From Lingula anatina (taxonomy: Eukaryota > Animalia > Brachiopoda), in NCBI GenBank assembly GCA_051362555.1, contig CM120645.1:20832001-20896000 (forward strand): DNA of 64,000 bases, written 5' to 3'. This document shows, in pieces, positions 23,651 to 36,866 of this stretch. Under the pieces are notes generated by a model. It was not told where the DNA came from. It was given only the letters and a program-made list of their open reading frames with translations, and searched no databases. Numbering within the stretch: the first letter of the stretch is position 1; every line of letters starts with the position of its first letter. The translations under genes and the position numbers were made by a program.

Positions 23651-25756
23651 AGATCAGGGGACTTGCGGTTCGCAGTTTATAACGTGGCCTTCTCAGCAAG
23701 TACATGCCGCAGCCAATAATTCAGCGATCGCAATCACAAATCCGCTGATCCAAGTCAGCAATTTCGTTTATAAGGCCCGACTTAGCTATCGAGGGTATCA
23801 GACTCTTAAACCAAAGTCCTCCTACTATAAATGGACATTTAAACGAACGGCCTTCGAACCAGTAACTGTGTTACATGTACACTTGAACAAATGAACGTGA
23901 CGTTTACATGATACCAGTAGATTGGTGCTGTCGAAGCGACTCGGCTTTTTTAAAAGTGTACTAGTACTTGATGATTTATACATGCAGATACCTTATGGAC
24001 TCTCAGCACAATGATGTTTTGAGTGGCAAAAGAAAAAAAATAGTACAAGAAATCGGTTATTGCGCTTCGTTTAGTCTTATTCCTAAAGGTTAAACTGTAG
24101 ATCCCAATAAAAACACAAGTGTTTGTAATGATGTAGTTATATATCGCTAGTCAAGTTAGCCTTGGAATCTTGTATTTCCCAAAGTAAAGCCGAATCTTTT
24201 GGGTTAGATATTGAATTGAAGTTCCTAATATGGAGAAAGCTTGTCATTTCTGTATGCAGTGAAATGATGAGCGTGCACTGCTGGCGCTTGTGACCCCCCC
24301 CCCCCCAAAAAAAAAAAAAAAAAAAAAAAGAAAAAAATGAAAGAAGGAAAGATAATAAGGGTAAGAACATATTCCCTACATAGTATAATAAAACTATCTT
24401 TGCCTAATGTTTTGCTATATGCATTTCTAGCGCTCATTGTATACATTGCAAGAATGCTGCATTTGGTTATAAACCAACTCCCCGGAACAAAATTCCAGGG
24501 AAGAGGAAATAAGGTTGGTTTTTAAACATTTGCATTGCAATAGCTTTACGTGAAAATCAGACAACAAAGCTCAAACGAAATCCTATATGACAAAGTCCTG
24601 CTGAGTTTGAACGAGATGAATTGATCTCGGAACTAAGTAATCCATACGGAATGCATTGTATGTCAGATGAAAGAGTTGAATATCAGGCATAGGACTGATT
24701 AGGCCTACTTGGCGCAGGAAGGTTTTCAGGACGAGACGCGCGCTACAATGACGTCGCGTTCGTAAGTATGTAATATTCGCAACCTTCGCTGAAAATTGAG
24801 AAATGTACTTTATTTTATGCATACGCGCTGAGTGAAATTGTAAGACATGGTAGCAAAGTTTATGTATGGGCGACAATTGGTACCTAACTCTATCCTTGTA
24901 GCGTGTGTATTTGTGTAATCATTCTTAACATTGGGGACATTAATCGACTTTTACAAGTGATTAGTGCCACCGTTACAGGCAAACTGCCAATATCCAAGGT
25001 TCCAGTTAATCCAATGAAATGCGTGAGTGGGTGGCACCAATGGCATTTCAAGCATACATGCTCTTATGAAACAAACGTAGTTGTGCGTGAAACTTCTATT
25101 TAAAGACATTTGTGAAGCAGAAAATGACACAGCGAAAGTCTGTATTGTTGCGACGAAAATAGTTGATTTTGCGTGTTATGTATTGCTTTTGTAATTCGTG
25201 TGTCTTAGTCATGGGGTCTTGCCATTTCAGTGTCTTCTCGGTGGTGAAGGTTTCACGCAATCCCCGAAAACTATAGGAAAAAAAAGCAGATAGTGCATGC
25301 ATTATTTCTGTTCTTTAAGTTTTCTTCTCTTAATCATAATATTTTGACGTCACCGTGTCTACCAAGGTTGAATTTCGAGCTGGAATTTCACGATATACTG
25401 TCCTTGAGTTAAGTCATCTGCGGTTTGTCTGTTTCTCGGTCAATTAGCTTGACTGAAGACAGACTGTGAGAATCATAAGAGTATAAGTTGACTAATTACT
25501 AAACACGCTACTCATTTCAATGAAGTGATATTTTGATACCATGGAGTTGGTTCTGTTTTTAAAAAACATTTTCTATCGATTTAACTCGCCGTAACCTGAA
25601 GAGGAACATTTTAATTAAAATCACACTGTTAAGGTGGGGGATCTTCTTTTCCTCATTTTCGTGTCACGACAGACACGAGAGTTGTTGTAGAGCATGGAAT
25701 TAAGTAAAGAGGAATGATGGATCACTTTGCCAGAGCTGTTATATCCTCTTGCTTTT

Positions 25757-25759
<3 letters not shown>

Positions 25760-25823
<64 letters not shown>
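25760..25823. repeat. (TA)n microsatellite
   Basis: Read directly. Confidence 0.95.
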
Positions 25824-25826
<3 letters not shown>

Positions 25827-27910
25827 AACGTTTCAAGAGCCTCATCAGAGTTGAGACATGTCCTTCAAATTCAAAATAATTATCGTCATTGTGGCATTAT
25901 TCAAGATATGTCCAAGGCCAATTCTAAGTTCTGTTTCCCCTGAAAGTAAAATACATTGTTAATGACTGTCCTTTTCATTTCTGGCAAATACGTTTTGTAT
26001 GATTAAAAATTGGCAGAAAGGCCTTCTTAAATGCAACAGCCTGTGTACTATTCCCATTTTAATTAGGAACAAAAACTACTGAATATGAATACCGCTATTT
26101 GATACAAAACATACTAAGCTGATAAAGTTTTATTCAGTCAATACCACACATCTTTTTTAACCACGCTTGTTGAAGTAGGGTAAATAATAATATCTTTTTT
26201 TCTGAATGGTTAGCCTCCTCCCCACTTACTATAGTGGGTTCACCTCTTTGTGAGGCCCTTGCTTTGATCTTTCATTTCTGTTGAAATATAATTCTCCAAC
26301 GCAGGTAGAATCACCCCTGTCAAAAAATGTGTACAAGGCATTTGACTCAATATCAGATTTAAATCAAAGCTGATGTGTGTGAAAGTTTTGTAAACTGTCT
26401 CAAAAAAAGCTAGGTATTGAATGATAATTGGTACTTTTAAGAAGGCAAAGAAAAAGGTCATTCTCAGACATGATTCACAGACATTGATTTATTGCACTAG
26501 AGATTATTGAAAAGCGTGTATGATTAATTTACTCCTGATCATTGCACCTTCCTTTGATTAGTCTTAATGTGTCATTAGGGCGATGTTTTATTATCTAATT
26601 CACGCTTTACACACAGAAATCATCAGGGATATCAAGGAAATCTGAGTTTCATGTTTTTTGAAAAGGTTATTTTCTTTGCAAGATTGTCTCCTAACTATTA
26701 TGAGTCTTGCACAATAACTTAAGGGGTGGGGGAGATAATGATCGCGCTCGCTTCACGCTTGAAGCCTTGTTTTTGTGCATTATCAGTCAGATAATGGAAA
26801 AAAATCAAAGAAAAATGATTCGGAAAAATATATTCCGCATGAAATGTCAGTGCTGAAGTAGGCAACGCGCACTACACTCATGGTAAGATATATGGAATAT
26901 TCCAATAGAATATCTTTGTTTTGAGTGCCACAAGGTCAAACTTAGAAGAATGCATTATTCAACCAGATTTTCAGTACAATACACAAGGTGGCATTATCAC
27001 CCTTCAGTCTTTCTGAATAGCATTTGAATTTCAACAGGACACGTACATGTAAGTGACAGAGACGGAAATGTACATGCAACCTTTCGATCATTCTGCTAAG
27101 ATTCATGGGAATTGATCCACTACAAGAGCTTAAATTATTTTCAATCATTAATAATCAAAACAGGTATATTAAAAGTTTTATGAAAACTTCCACAGTGAAA
27201 ATGAGAAATTTAATATGGCTTTTAGTCAAAGTAGACTAACCGATTTTCACGCTAGAAGGCTTTTGTAAAGCTGCATCAGAATACTGCAGTAAAACAATGG
27301 ACAGTGAAGCAGTCATAGTCTACCATATGCTAACCTCTACCATTGTTACTGAGAGAATTTTTCATAAGATATTCACCGAAAGACTTACGCTTTTATTTCC
27401 AATGTCGACTACGTCCTTACTAACCTGATATTTTCCTTATTCTGTTTATTAAAACAAATTAAGCGTGTTTAAACTGTTTTCTTGTGTGGAATATTCTTTC
27501 ATTTGTCTTACTCCATGTTTGTTCGTCGGCTTTTATGGAAAGCAGAAGTTTTTATCTTAAAAATTGAATATAAATTTATACCGTACACAGATAAAGGTAA
27601 CTAGATGTGCAATGCTGTGGCAAATAATTTCGACTTTCGACTGCTGTAAGTTAAGGTTTTTTTAGTAGGAAAGAAATCTTTTAAGATATTTTTACGATAT
27701 GACAATTGTATCTACACAACACTCACTATTCGCCATGGGTAACCAGCTAATCATAGAAAATTGAAAAATGTTTATCCCTTTGGTGCATACTAATGAATTT
27801 TACAAGGAAATGAAAAACCGGATGATTTATTCATGACACAAAATAACATCAGCAAATATATTAAGAATTAATTCGCTTCCATGCCCGTGAGTCTTGTAAT
27901 GGAAATCTCA

Positions 27911-28077
27911 ACCCTAAGCAAAAAGAAAAGTTAACGGCAACGAGTTTGCAGGAACAAGTTTATTGCTGCTAATTCCCAGTCATATTGCAGTGAATTTGCT
28001 GCAAATTTGCAAGAAGGAATTGCAGTTTGCAGCAATACTGTAGCAAATTTGCAGCAAGCCTGAAATTTTGCCTAGGT
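27911..28077. mobile_element. Short TIR element with internal AAATTTGC(T/A)GC repeats
   Basis: ACCCTAAGCAAAA / TTTTGCCTAGGT ends, related sequence at ~55050-55211. Confidence 0.55.
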
Positions 28078-28166
28078 AATGGAGTAAGTTCAAGATGGTC
28101 GAGATACGTGTACATGTACATGTAAGATGCAAATACGCGAACAGAGTGGCAGCAGTGGTGGATATG

Positions 28167-28332
28167 CAGGCCCGTAGCCAGGGGGTTCGGGGGGTTCGAA
28201 AGAACCGCCCCTTTTGCTGGGAAAAGGTCCAGTGTGGGTAAGATTTGATCTAGGTACATGAAGTTTTTATGGGAAAAGGTCCACTTTTTCAGAAAAAGAA
28301 ACCCCCTTTTGAAAATGCTGGCTACGGGCCTG
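28167..28332. mobile_element. MITE, CAGGCCCGTAGCCAG family, 5-bp TSD
   Basis: Perfect 15-bp TIR and ATATG TSD. Related copies at ~2034-2205 (inverted), ~3258-3424 and ~3630-3740 (partial). Confidence 0.85.
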
Positions 28333-31300
28333 ATATGGAAGGAGTGGTAGTTCTCTGTGAACCGTGGTCCGTTTCCTCTTTGTATACGTGACATCCGTCC
28401 ATTAGGCCAGTGCCATATTTTACAAAAAAAAAACAAAAAAAAAAACATTAGAATGAAAAATGGACTTCAGTTTAAAGCCAAAATTGTGGTCTACTTCAGT
28501 TCGAGAAAAATCTATAGTTGTTCACTGAGTTACAGTCAATATTGGTCTAAAAATTGCATGGGCATTTCTTACTTATAAAACGTGCACACTATTTCATTTA
28601 ATTGGACAACATCTGATTCATCTTGAGCCAAGTTGCACTACAATTATGTCTAAAAGTTAAAACCAATATTTCGTCTAAATTAAGTACGCGCGTTCTCTCT
28701 GTGAAACCGGCTCCTTGTAGCTGTCTTGAGCCCAGCGGATAAAACTTTTTGATTAAATTGAAGGTCAAGGCCACGTACAACTGTAGCTGAGATTTAAGAA
28801 GTTAAGAAAACTTATTCTACGACAGGATTCATGAATTAATAGTGTCAGTTAGTTCTCTGTGTGACCCTTGAAAACCTGGTTGCACGGCGTACGAAGCTTT
28901 AAAGTGATAAGATGAATGGAATATGGAAACGGTTCAGACTATGCTTCAGTCTGTGAGCGGTTAAGTGCGAGTTTAATGTAATTTGTTATTTTATGCATTG
29001 AAAAAGGGGTTTCCTTCCCATAGGGCATGGGGTCGATATTAGTTGTCGCTTGATGAATTTTTGAATATGATAGAAACGGACCTTTTTTGCCGTTGTGGGG
29101 AAAAATAACAAGAGGAAATACCTTGATAGATGAACATCCCTTCCAAACTTGGAGTAAATTGTTATATGTCGTTGAATAAACTTGAAAAATTAATTGTGTA
29201 GAGAATGCTTAAGACGACAAGGCTGTTGCGCAGAAACAAGGAAGTCAATACACCCCGTGGTGAGTTATTGACGCGTCCCAGAAGGAACGCAACGTCGTCT
29301 CGACGCCAAGATCTCATTTCGACAAAGAAATTAAATAATGCACTTAGAGCTAAGGTCAAGCGTATCGGGACAAAGTAAAGATGAGTAAGTGGCTGTATTT
29401 GATCACTGAGGGTATGCTTATTACTATCTAAAGTAATGCTCAGAAAGGTAATTGAAGGCACAAAATGAATTTAGGGGCCTATAGCAGATATAGGTTACTG
29501 GGTCCTAGAGCAAAAATACAATTTCCCTGGAAATTTCAACATTTTCCTCGTAATCATCAAGGTAAAACTTAGCCAAATTCGTTGAAAAACTACCAGTTAT
29601 TACGTTTTAGGTTTCCGGGTTTTGGTTCTCTCTCGTAATGGCAGTGGACAATTGTTAATTTCATTTGTGACAGTGAACATGAAGAACACAAGAACGGGAT
29701 CAAATATGTCTCAACTGTTCTGGATAAGGTATTCTTTCATGACAATGAGAACATTGCCGTAACCTCCAGGAAAATGGATTCTTTTTAACCTTTATGTGGA
29801 TTTGTATGCCATTAATTCATCCGTATGGAATTTTCCTATTGGGTAATATAGAAAATTGGTCCAAAACCCTGTAAGAATCCTAAAATTCCTAAAAAGTCCC
29901 ATAGAGTCCTGTAGGATTCCTATAGTCCTATACGACTCCTACAGGACATCCTGTTCGTAAGGGCAGAGCAGACGATCTGTGAGGATCATCTAAATGATCA
30001 TATAAGCCATGTTTATTTGAAGCTCGGTTGTGATCAGTTGAGAAGCAGTAAGAATTGGCCAGAAAAAAAGAAATAGCAGCTGTATCAAATTCACGGCTGA
30101 ATATTTTCCAATGAGCGCGGGCTCGTGGGGCACGTGTGTACAGACATACGGACAGACAAATTTAGCCTAAAAATAAACTCACACACCACCAAACAGATAG
30201 AAGTTACCCAGCTGCTACATGTATGGGATAAATCGCTTTAAGAGACGGATTTTTCTCCACATTTTATCATTGAACATACCGAAATACGCGATCAAAGAAA
30301 GAAAAGCTTATCTTGGCTATTTTAATGTAAAAAATTCCCCTTTTAAATCAAGGATAAGACATTGCACTTCCTTCTTTTTCCCTAAAGGACACAGTACGCG
30401 TGACTGATAGATACACTCAATGATTGCCCGTGATTTATGAAGTCCCGTAACGATTCCAACTATATGGAATCGGTGAGGGAGAAATTACGAGAAAATGTGT
30501 TGATTGGAACATACTCACACGCAAATACCAGCATGCTTTCTGGCTGTAGATTTTATTTGTCAGGTCTAGAGAATAACTTATTGCTTGTCGACCAACAGGC
30601 GCAACGAATTTTAGTCGCTCTCGTTGTACTTCATTTTACTTACGAGAATAAATTTATACGCGCGTTTTGTTCGACACGGTAAATGCGAACTGGCCTAGAA
30701 CTCCACCTACTCAACCTACGTACACGCCCCAGGCAGACCCTAGGCTTATGTTGTATGTGTAAAAACGAGATTCCATAATATACACAAATACCAATGATGT
30801 CAATAACTATATTTTGCAGATGTACAGGAGAAGCAAAATACTCTAACACGTGAGTACCACACATTGATACATATTACATAAACGTCAAAAACCTCTGCTG
30901 AACAACATTCTTTTTGGTTGCCCTTTAGTAATCATTTTAACACTTAGCCCGGTATGTCAGTGGGAAGGGAAAAAATTCACCGTAAAAAGGTTAGCCGGAG
31001 GCGATCAAGTTGTTTCTGGCTCGTCTATTTTATCGACGCAATATTTCGTGAAAGAAGAACAAGAAAGAAGATGGAGCGATAGCATTGATCGGAATTCATC
31101 CGGGAGTAATTATTGTCTAGAGTGCCGCAAAAAGTAAGTCCCTGTTAGTTAAGGATTACGGCAGGAAGATGCTTCATCGTTCGTTGTTAGTTTCATATTC
31201 CCCGTGTGCGCTTAACCAGCGAGAAAGGACAGAGTTTCATGTAGGCCTATTGCAATACTGACTTAACTATTCAGGATAATGCTGGGGTGGAGGGGGGGGG

Positions 31301-31437
31301 GGGCAAGAAAATTTTTTTAACGAAGCAAGGCAAATCGAAACTTCTGGTAGTAGACGAGGGCAATTTGACTACAATGCGTAGGGCACAACGATGGCAAATA
31401 ATCCTTTGCTTCGTCTCCCCTCGTTTCGCTTATGATG

Positions 31438-31607
31438 CCGGTTAGACGCGATAGAGAGTCCCCCATGATAGAGTTTGCTTCCTATTCATTTGTACAGGTG
31501 AGCCTCGCCCTAGATTTTGACCCACTTAGGTCAGACTAACCCTAACCATTATAACCATATGGAGGGTGGACTTTCTGTTACACGGATCCTCAGTTTCGTT
31601 ACACCGG
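31438..31607. mobile_element. Inverted copy of the 20677 MITE
   Basis: GCCTCGCCCTAGATTTTGACCCACTTAGGTCAG is the reverse complement of the 20677 interior. Confidence 0.75.
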
Positions 31608-32741
31608 TTCGGTTGGAAGCATTAGATGGGGGTACATCCAAGCTAAGTGTGGACCAAGGGGGGGGGGGGGCACTCCTTTTTTCCATCATTTAGTTATCGT
31701 TAATCGGCCTAATCTCGGAGGTCTTGTAGACACTATAACTATAAACAAACTATACCCATTCAAACATTTGATTTAGGTTCGACTGTTACAGATATATGAT
31801 TGAACATTGATGAAATTAAGTGGAAGGTGAGCACGTAGGGAAATAGATTTGATGTGGTCCTTCAAGTAATGCACAAACGCTCACCGAAGCTTTGTTTTGC
31901 TCAAATGGTTAAGGCCAGAAACCGAATTTGATTTAAAGATTGCCATTTTTCAAGGTGACAGAGTTGACTGGGGTATATATAAGGATACAAAACACTTTTT
32001 AATTAGTAAAACATAATATCAGCTATTAGAGGATGAAAAGATGGCATTTAATGAAAATCAAAGGTGACAACATGCGAGCAATTTCTGTCATTTAATTAAT
32101 ATGACACAATCTGCTTCTTGAGAAACGTTCGCCAATTGTTTTTTCAAAGAAAAAATTGAAAATTACGCCAAGAAGCAATCCAAGGAAAGTAATTAATTAC
32201 AAAAGTATTTCCAGCTTGATTGATTGGTTTTATTATTTATCATTATCTTGTTTTCTTTGCATTGTGCATAAAATGGTCTTCTACATTTGGACAATACAGC
32301 ATAGTTTAAATTGAGAATAAGTGACCCACTTTTCCTCGCCCCCTGGTACCGGGAATATATCATTATACGACTCTTCTGAAGGTTATACATGCACCTTATT
32401 AGAGTTTTTGCGTTCTCTATGACGCCTTAATCCAGCTATTTTGCAAGAGCAATCAGACTATTTCCCGAGAGGATGGTAACTTAACTAATGGCGAAAGAAG
32501 TAACATTTCTCATCCCTCGAAAGAATTTTTTTGTCAAATAGGCCATGTTGCATGATCGAGGGTTTTGTTCGCTGACCGAAGTTTCGTATTTTCAGGCAGG
32601 TGTGCATGTCCACGCGAAGATCGTTTACTGTGACCAGGCCATATTCGAAGAAAAGAAATATTTCAGGAAATATTTCATTTTTCATTCCGAACAAATTTGG
32701 TTGGTTAAGCGTTCACAATAGCGCAAATTTATCAATGACAC

Positions 32742-32791
<50 letters not shown>

Positions 32792-33137
32792 AGAGCAAGT
32801 GTTTCCAGACACTGTACGATTAAATAAAACTACTGCGTCTACTAAAATTCCATTGCATTTATGCATTTTATCATATAATTAATATATTAAATTAAAACAA
32901 GAGAGGAAAAGTAGATTCATCCAAATTTTCAACCTTTTTTGTCATGTATGGTGAAGCTGCTGTTATTTTGACATCAAATTCCATTTTATTCTCTAGTTGA
33001 TACAAAATAGTTGTGAATCGATATCAATTTAAGCAAGTGCGTTAAGTAAGTATCCGAAGATGTTGAAGTAGTTTGCCTATTAAGAACTATAACCAAATGT
33101 CCACGATTCACTGCGGCATTCATTCATTCGCCACTAT

Positions 33138-33277
33138 TATCCCCTACAAGGGCCGCAGATTAACTACTAGTATGTGCACTTTTCTCAGACGCGGTAAAGA
33201 AAAGTGTCATGAATTTACCAGAGACATATCTGTGAAGATCTAGTGAAAAAATCAATCTGTGGCACTGGTAGAGGGTA
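33138..33277. mobile_element. MITE, TACCCTCTACCAGG family (degenerate)
   Basis: Right end CTGGTAGAGGGTA, internal CATGAATT..CCAGAGACAT shared with the 14464 copy. Confidence 0.7.
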
Positions 33278-34708
33278 GCCACTATCCGCAAAATTGACGC
33301 GGGAAATGGAGCCCGGTTAATAAATCACTGCTCCTCGGTGATTTCCTAACGCGTAGGGGATTTCTAACTCTGACCATGAAATATACGTACATCAATAAAA
33401 TTCCCTGAAGGGCATTTGCTATATATTTGTTGACTCTTAACCTGCTTGATGCCCGTGAACTTTAGCCTAACGATTCAGAATTAGTTTCTCTAGTAACTAA
33501 GTTGCCTTAATGGTTTAGGTAGCATAAACCATGTTTTGGCCTCATACTGCCTCTTTACAAATCCACAAACTTGTTTTATCTGTAACTGTTGAACATGGTA
33601 TTTTTGTCACACCATAGTTCAATTCTCTTTTGCCTTTTTTGTGTTAATATTTTGATACATGGTCACTCTGAGTCTCAGTAAGAGTAAAATCTCATCACAG
33701 TTAAGCACAAATAAAAGTGTCTTAAACTGCATGGCAAAATAGCAATGTGCCTATATATTGTTTTTGTCATTGATTTCGCTGAATCGCATACTATTTGGTA
33801 TAAAGATATTTATAAATATCTGATTGGTTGATTCGGAGTGCTAGTACACGTTTTAACACGATGTAAGGTATTTCAAGGGTGTACAATGAACATGTACATT
33901 GTCCTGACCAAATTAACTCTCAGTCATATTCTGATAAAGTTAAAGTAACAATTTTGGAGTGGCCAAGCGCAAGGTACCTGTATCTGTTCTGAGGCTGAGA
34001 TGGCTGAGATGTATGTGCACTAAATACGAATTCTGAATTTTCTTACAGCCTGCATCGGTAAGTGCAATGGTCCATTTCCTCTGGCAAATGTCTGACTGTC
34101 TCAAAGTTGATATTTTTTCAGAACAGCTGCTAAAATCAGTTGTTTGCACTTCTTTACTTTCTTTGAACAAACTACTTTTGCATCAATGAGTGCCTATCAC
34201 GGGTGGTGATTTTTTGTTAGTCTGAGTGTCCGTCCGTCTGTTGGGCTGTCTGTCTGTCTGTCTGTGCTTCTACAATTTCCGATCAAACACAAAACTTGCA
34301 CGCACACATACACTGACATGCCGTTACACTCCTTGGTGTTTGCTGTTAAGCGCATGCAGCTCACGCAGCGTATTTTTCCGCACGATAGAGCGGTGAGTAG
34401 GTAATATGTTGGTCATTTTTTTTCTTTACCGTAAAATGGTCATTTGGTCAGTTCGCACTAAAGAGTGGTCAGTTGGTCGTTTGGTCTGCCCGACCGTTCG
34501 TCCTTGTCACAAAGTTGGGAAAAAGGTGCACAGCATCTAAATTACAGCACATGCCTTTTAAGGGATGCTTTAAATAACCGACGAATGGTTCACCTTGATC
34601 TACTTTTCAAGGTCACAAAGACCATGCTAAGATCGTTATCTCTTATGTATTCGATACTTAGTCGAGGAAAGGGTCAGCAAAATCTCACATGTTTTTTGAT
34701 GAACATTA

Positions 34709-34876
34709 CAGGGGCGGATTCAGAGTTATTTCCTGACAGTCTTCCAAATTATCTTTGTTGATCCGTTCTTCACTTTTGACCGTCTTCAGACAGAAAAAAT
34801 TAGATACCCGCCAATGTAAACTTGAAAATCTGACCGTCTTCTGGAAGACCTAGAAGACGCTCTAAATCCGCCCCTG
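34709..34876. mobile_element. MITE, CAGGGGCGGATT family
   Basis: 12-bp TIR CAGGGGCGGATT / AATCCGCCCCTG. The same right end occurs at window positions 7-18. Confidence 0.65.
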
Positions 34877-35908
34877 AACATAATACTAATTGCGACAAAG
34901 TTCACATGGTTTCACTTGCTCCAATTAAGACTGCATCGAAATAACCTTCACATATGTACGTGCATGTATACACCATGAAAAAAGGCAGAACACGTAAATT
35001 CCTAGAATATCAAAATCGAAAGATAATTCGCTTTGATTGGGCATTTCTAGAAAAAAGGGGCCTACTTAAATAAAATTAACCTGCACCGCTGCGCCTTTTA
35101 CAACGCCAATTGTAAAGCCCCAAGGCATAATTACACAGATAGGCAGAGAGCGTGGCATGGCGCATTTTCTTGTACTTGCTTCCTGCATTTTCTCCTATTA
35201 TATCTGTAATTCGTGCCAGGGTTTCGTTAAAGGTAATTTTTGGCTCTACTGGCATCACGAACTCGACCTACGTTTGATTAGACAGTTCGTGCAATTTGCT
35301 TAATGATCTGCACTCAAGTTGCGCTTCTCTTCCAAGATTTGTTTTTGGAGCCTAACGTTGCATGCTTCACAAAAAAGTCCGAAGTAAGTCTTTGGAGGTT
35401 TTTTTTGGATCAAATCCGAGTATACTAAGACGTGGCCGTCTATCTTTAGTGTCACGTAGCCGTCTATGTTTAGCCGTCTATCTTCAGTATCGTTTACCTC
35501 CTTTTTTTTTTTTTTATTTTGGTCTTTTAACCAAGTCCCTTGAGCATATGGAAATTGTCTCGACGAACTATTCTTTCGTTTTTGATGTGACTGTAGGCCA
35601 TTCAACTATGTCAAATACCCGGTACATTCATTGTGAGCCAAAGCATTCTTAAATTTTTAAATACTTTTATCTCAAAATCAACTGTACATAGTCAACTATC
35701 CAACAAAAGCTTCCAAGTCTAAGAGCGTAAGACTTTCGTGTGACACTGAAAACACTGTGTGTTTTAGAAAACGTTCATGGGCATTTTCATTTATCTAGTT
35801 TGTGTAAAATTCAAGTTTCTACTGCGACTGCTCTTACCTTGCAGAAAACATTTTGATGGCAGTTAAAAGACAGGAGACATACATACACATGCATCCCCTA
35901 AACCCATA

Positions 35909-36134
35909 CACCCCATTTCCATAGATTTTTAGATCGATCTATCCCTGTGGGGAGTCTCACTAGATTACTGTCAGCTTGGCCGGCTTAAACGTCTGTCCCG
36001 CCTACTAAAAGCTCTAAGGGGGTAATTAACTATGGTGTCCGCTCGGCTGACCGCAATTTAGCGTGAACCCCCAGGGAGTTAGGTCGATCTAAAACTTAAT
36101 CTTTAGATCGATCTTAATCTCTGGGAAAGCACCC
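35909..36134. mobile_element. Copy of the 10441 MITE
   Basis: Shares GGGGAGTCTCACTAGATTACTGTCAGCTT...AATTTAGCGTGAACCCCCAGGG. Confidence 0.8.
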
Positions 36135-36148
36135 TATTCATGTACATG

Positions 36149-36224
36149 TATGCAGACGTATAGGTATATGCACATATGTACATGCATGCAGACGTATAGG
36201 TATATGCACATATGTACATGCATG
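36149..36224. repeat. 36-bp tandem duplication
   Basis: ATGCAGACGTATAGGTATATGCACATATGTACATGC twice. Confidence 0.85.
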
Positions 36225-36647
36225 CTCATGGACTATAACACAAGCCCTGCCCAAAGTTTTGATGAGTGGCATCTCCAACTTTTGAAATTTGGGGAAGGAA
36301 TTGATCACAACTGGTTTCAAGAGATATTTGCTAAGAGATATTTGTTTGATATTCAATCTTGAATTTGTCACTAATTGTGTTTGAAAATTTTTACTGCTTA
36401 ACATTACATGTATGTGTCGAAGATATAACGCCAGTAGGCAGACAACCTTTGACGAAAAGGCTATTTTTATGCCCATAATTACAAATTCTAAACAGAACTT
36501 CGGGAGTTTTGATTTCAAAACTACCTTTTAACAACTACATAATACTGAAAAAATTGCACTGATAGGTCGTCAGGACTAAAAAAAAATCAGTGAAACGGAA
36601 AAATGCGTCTCTTATGTAATACGCGGATTTACTGTAGTGCAAAAATA

Positions 36648-36866
36648 GACCCCATTTCCAGAGATTAGATCGATCTACTTTAGTTCGACTTTTAAGTTAA
36701 AACTGCCTGGGGGTTCACGCTAAATAGCTGTCAGCCGAGCGGACACGAAAGTTAATTACCCCCTTACAGCTTGTAGTAGGCGGGACGGACATTTAAGCCG
36801 GATTATCTGACAGTAATCTAGTGAGACCCCCCCCCCCCGCGGATCTAAAAGCTCTGGGAATACAGC
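36648..36866. mobile_element. Copy of the 10441 MITE with an inverted interior
   Basis: Interior is the reverse complement of the 10441 and 35909 copies. Confidence 0.8.

Noticed and set aside
34195-34700. Helentron-associated interspersed element (GTCC/GTCT tract, CAAGGTCAC motif)
   Set aside because: Suggestive, but I could not define its ends, subterminal repeats or 3' hairpin.
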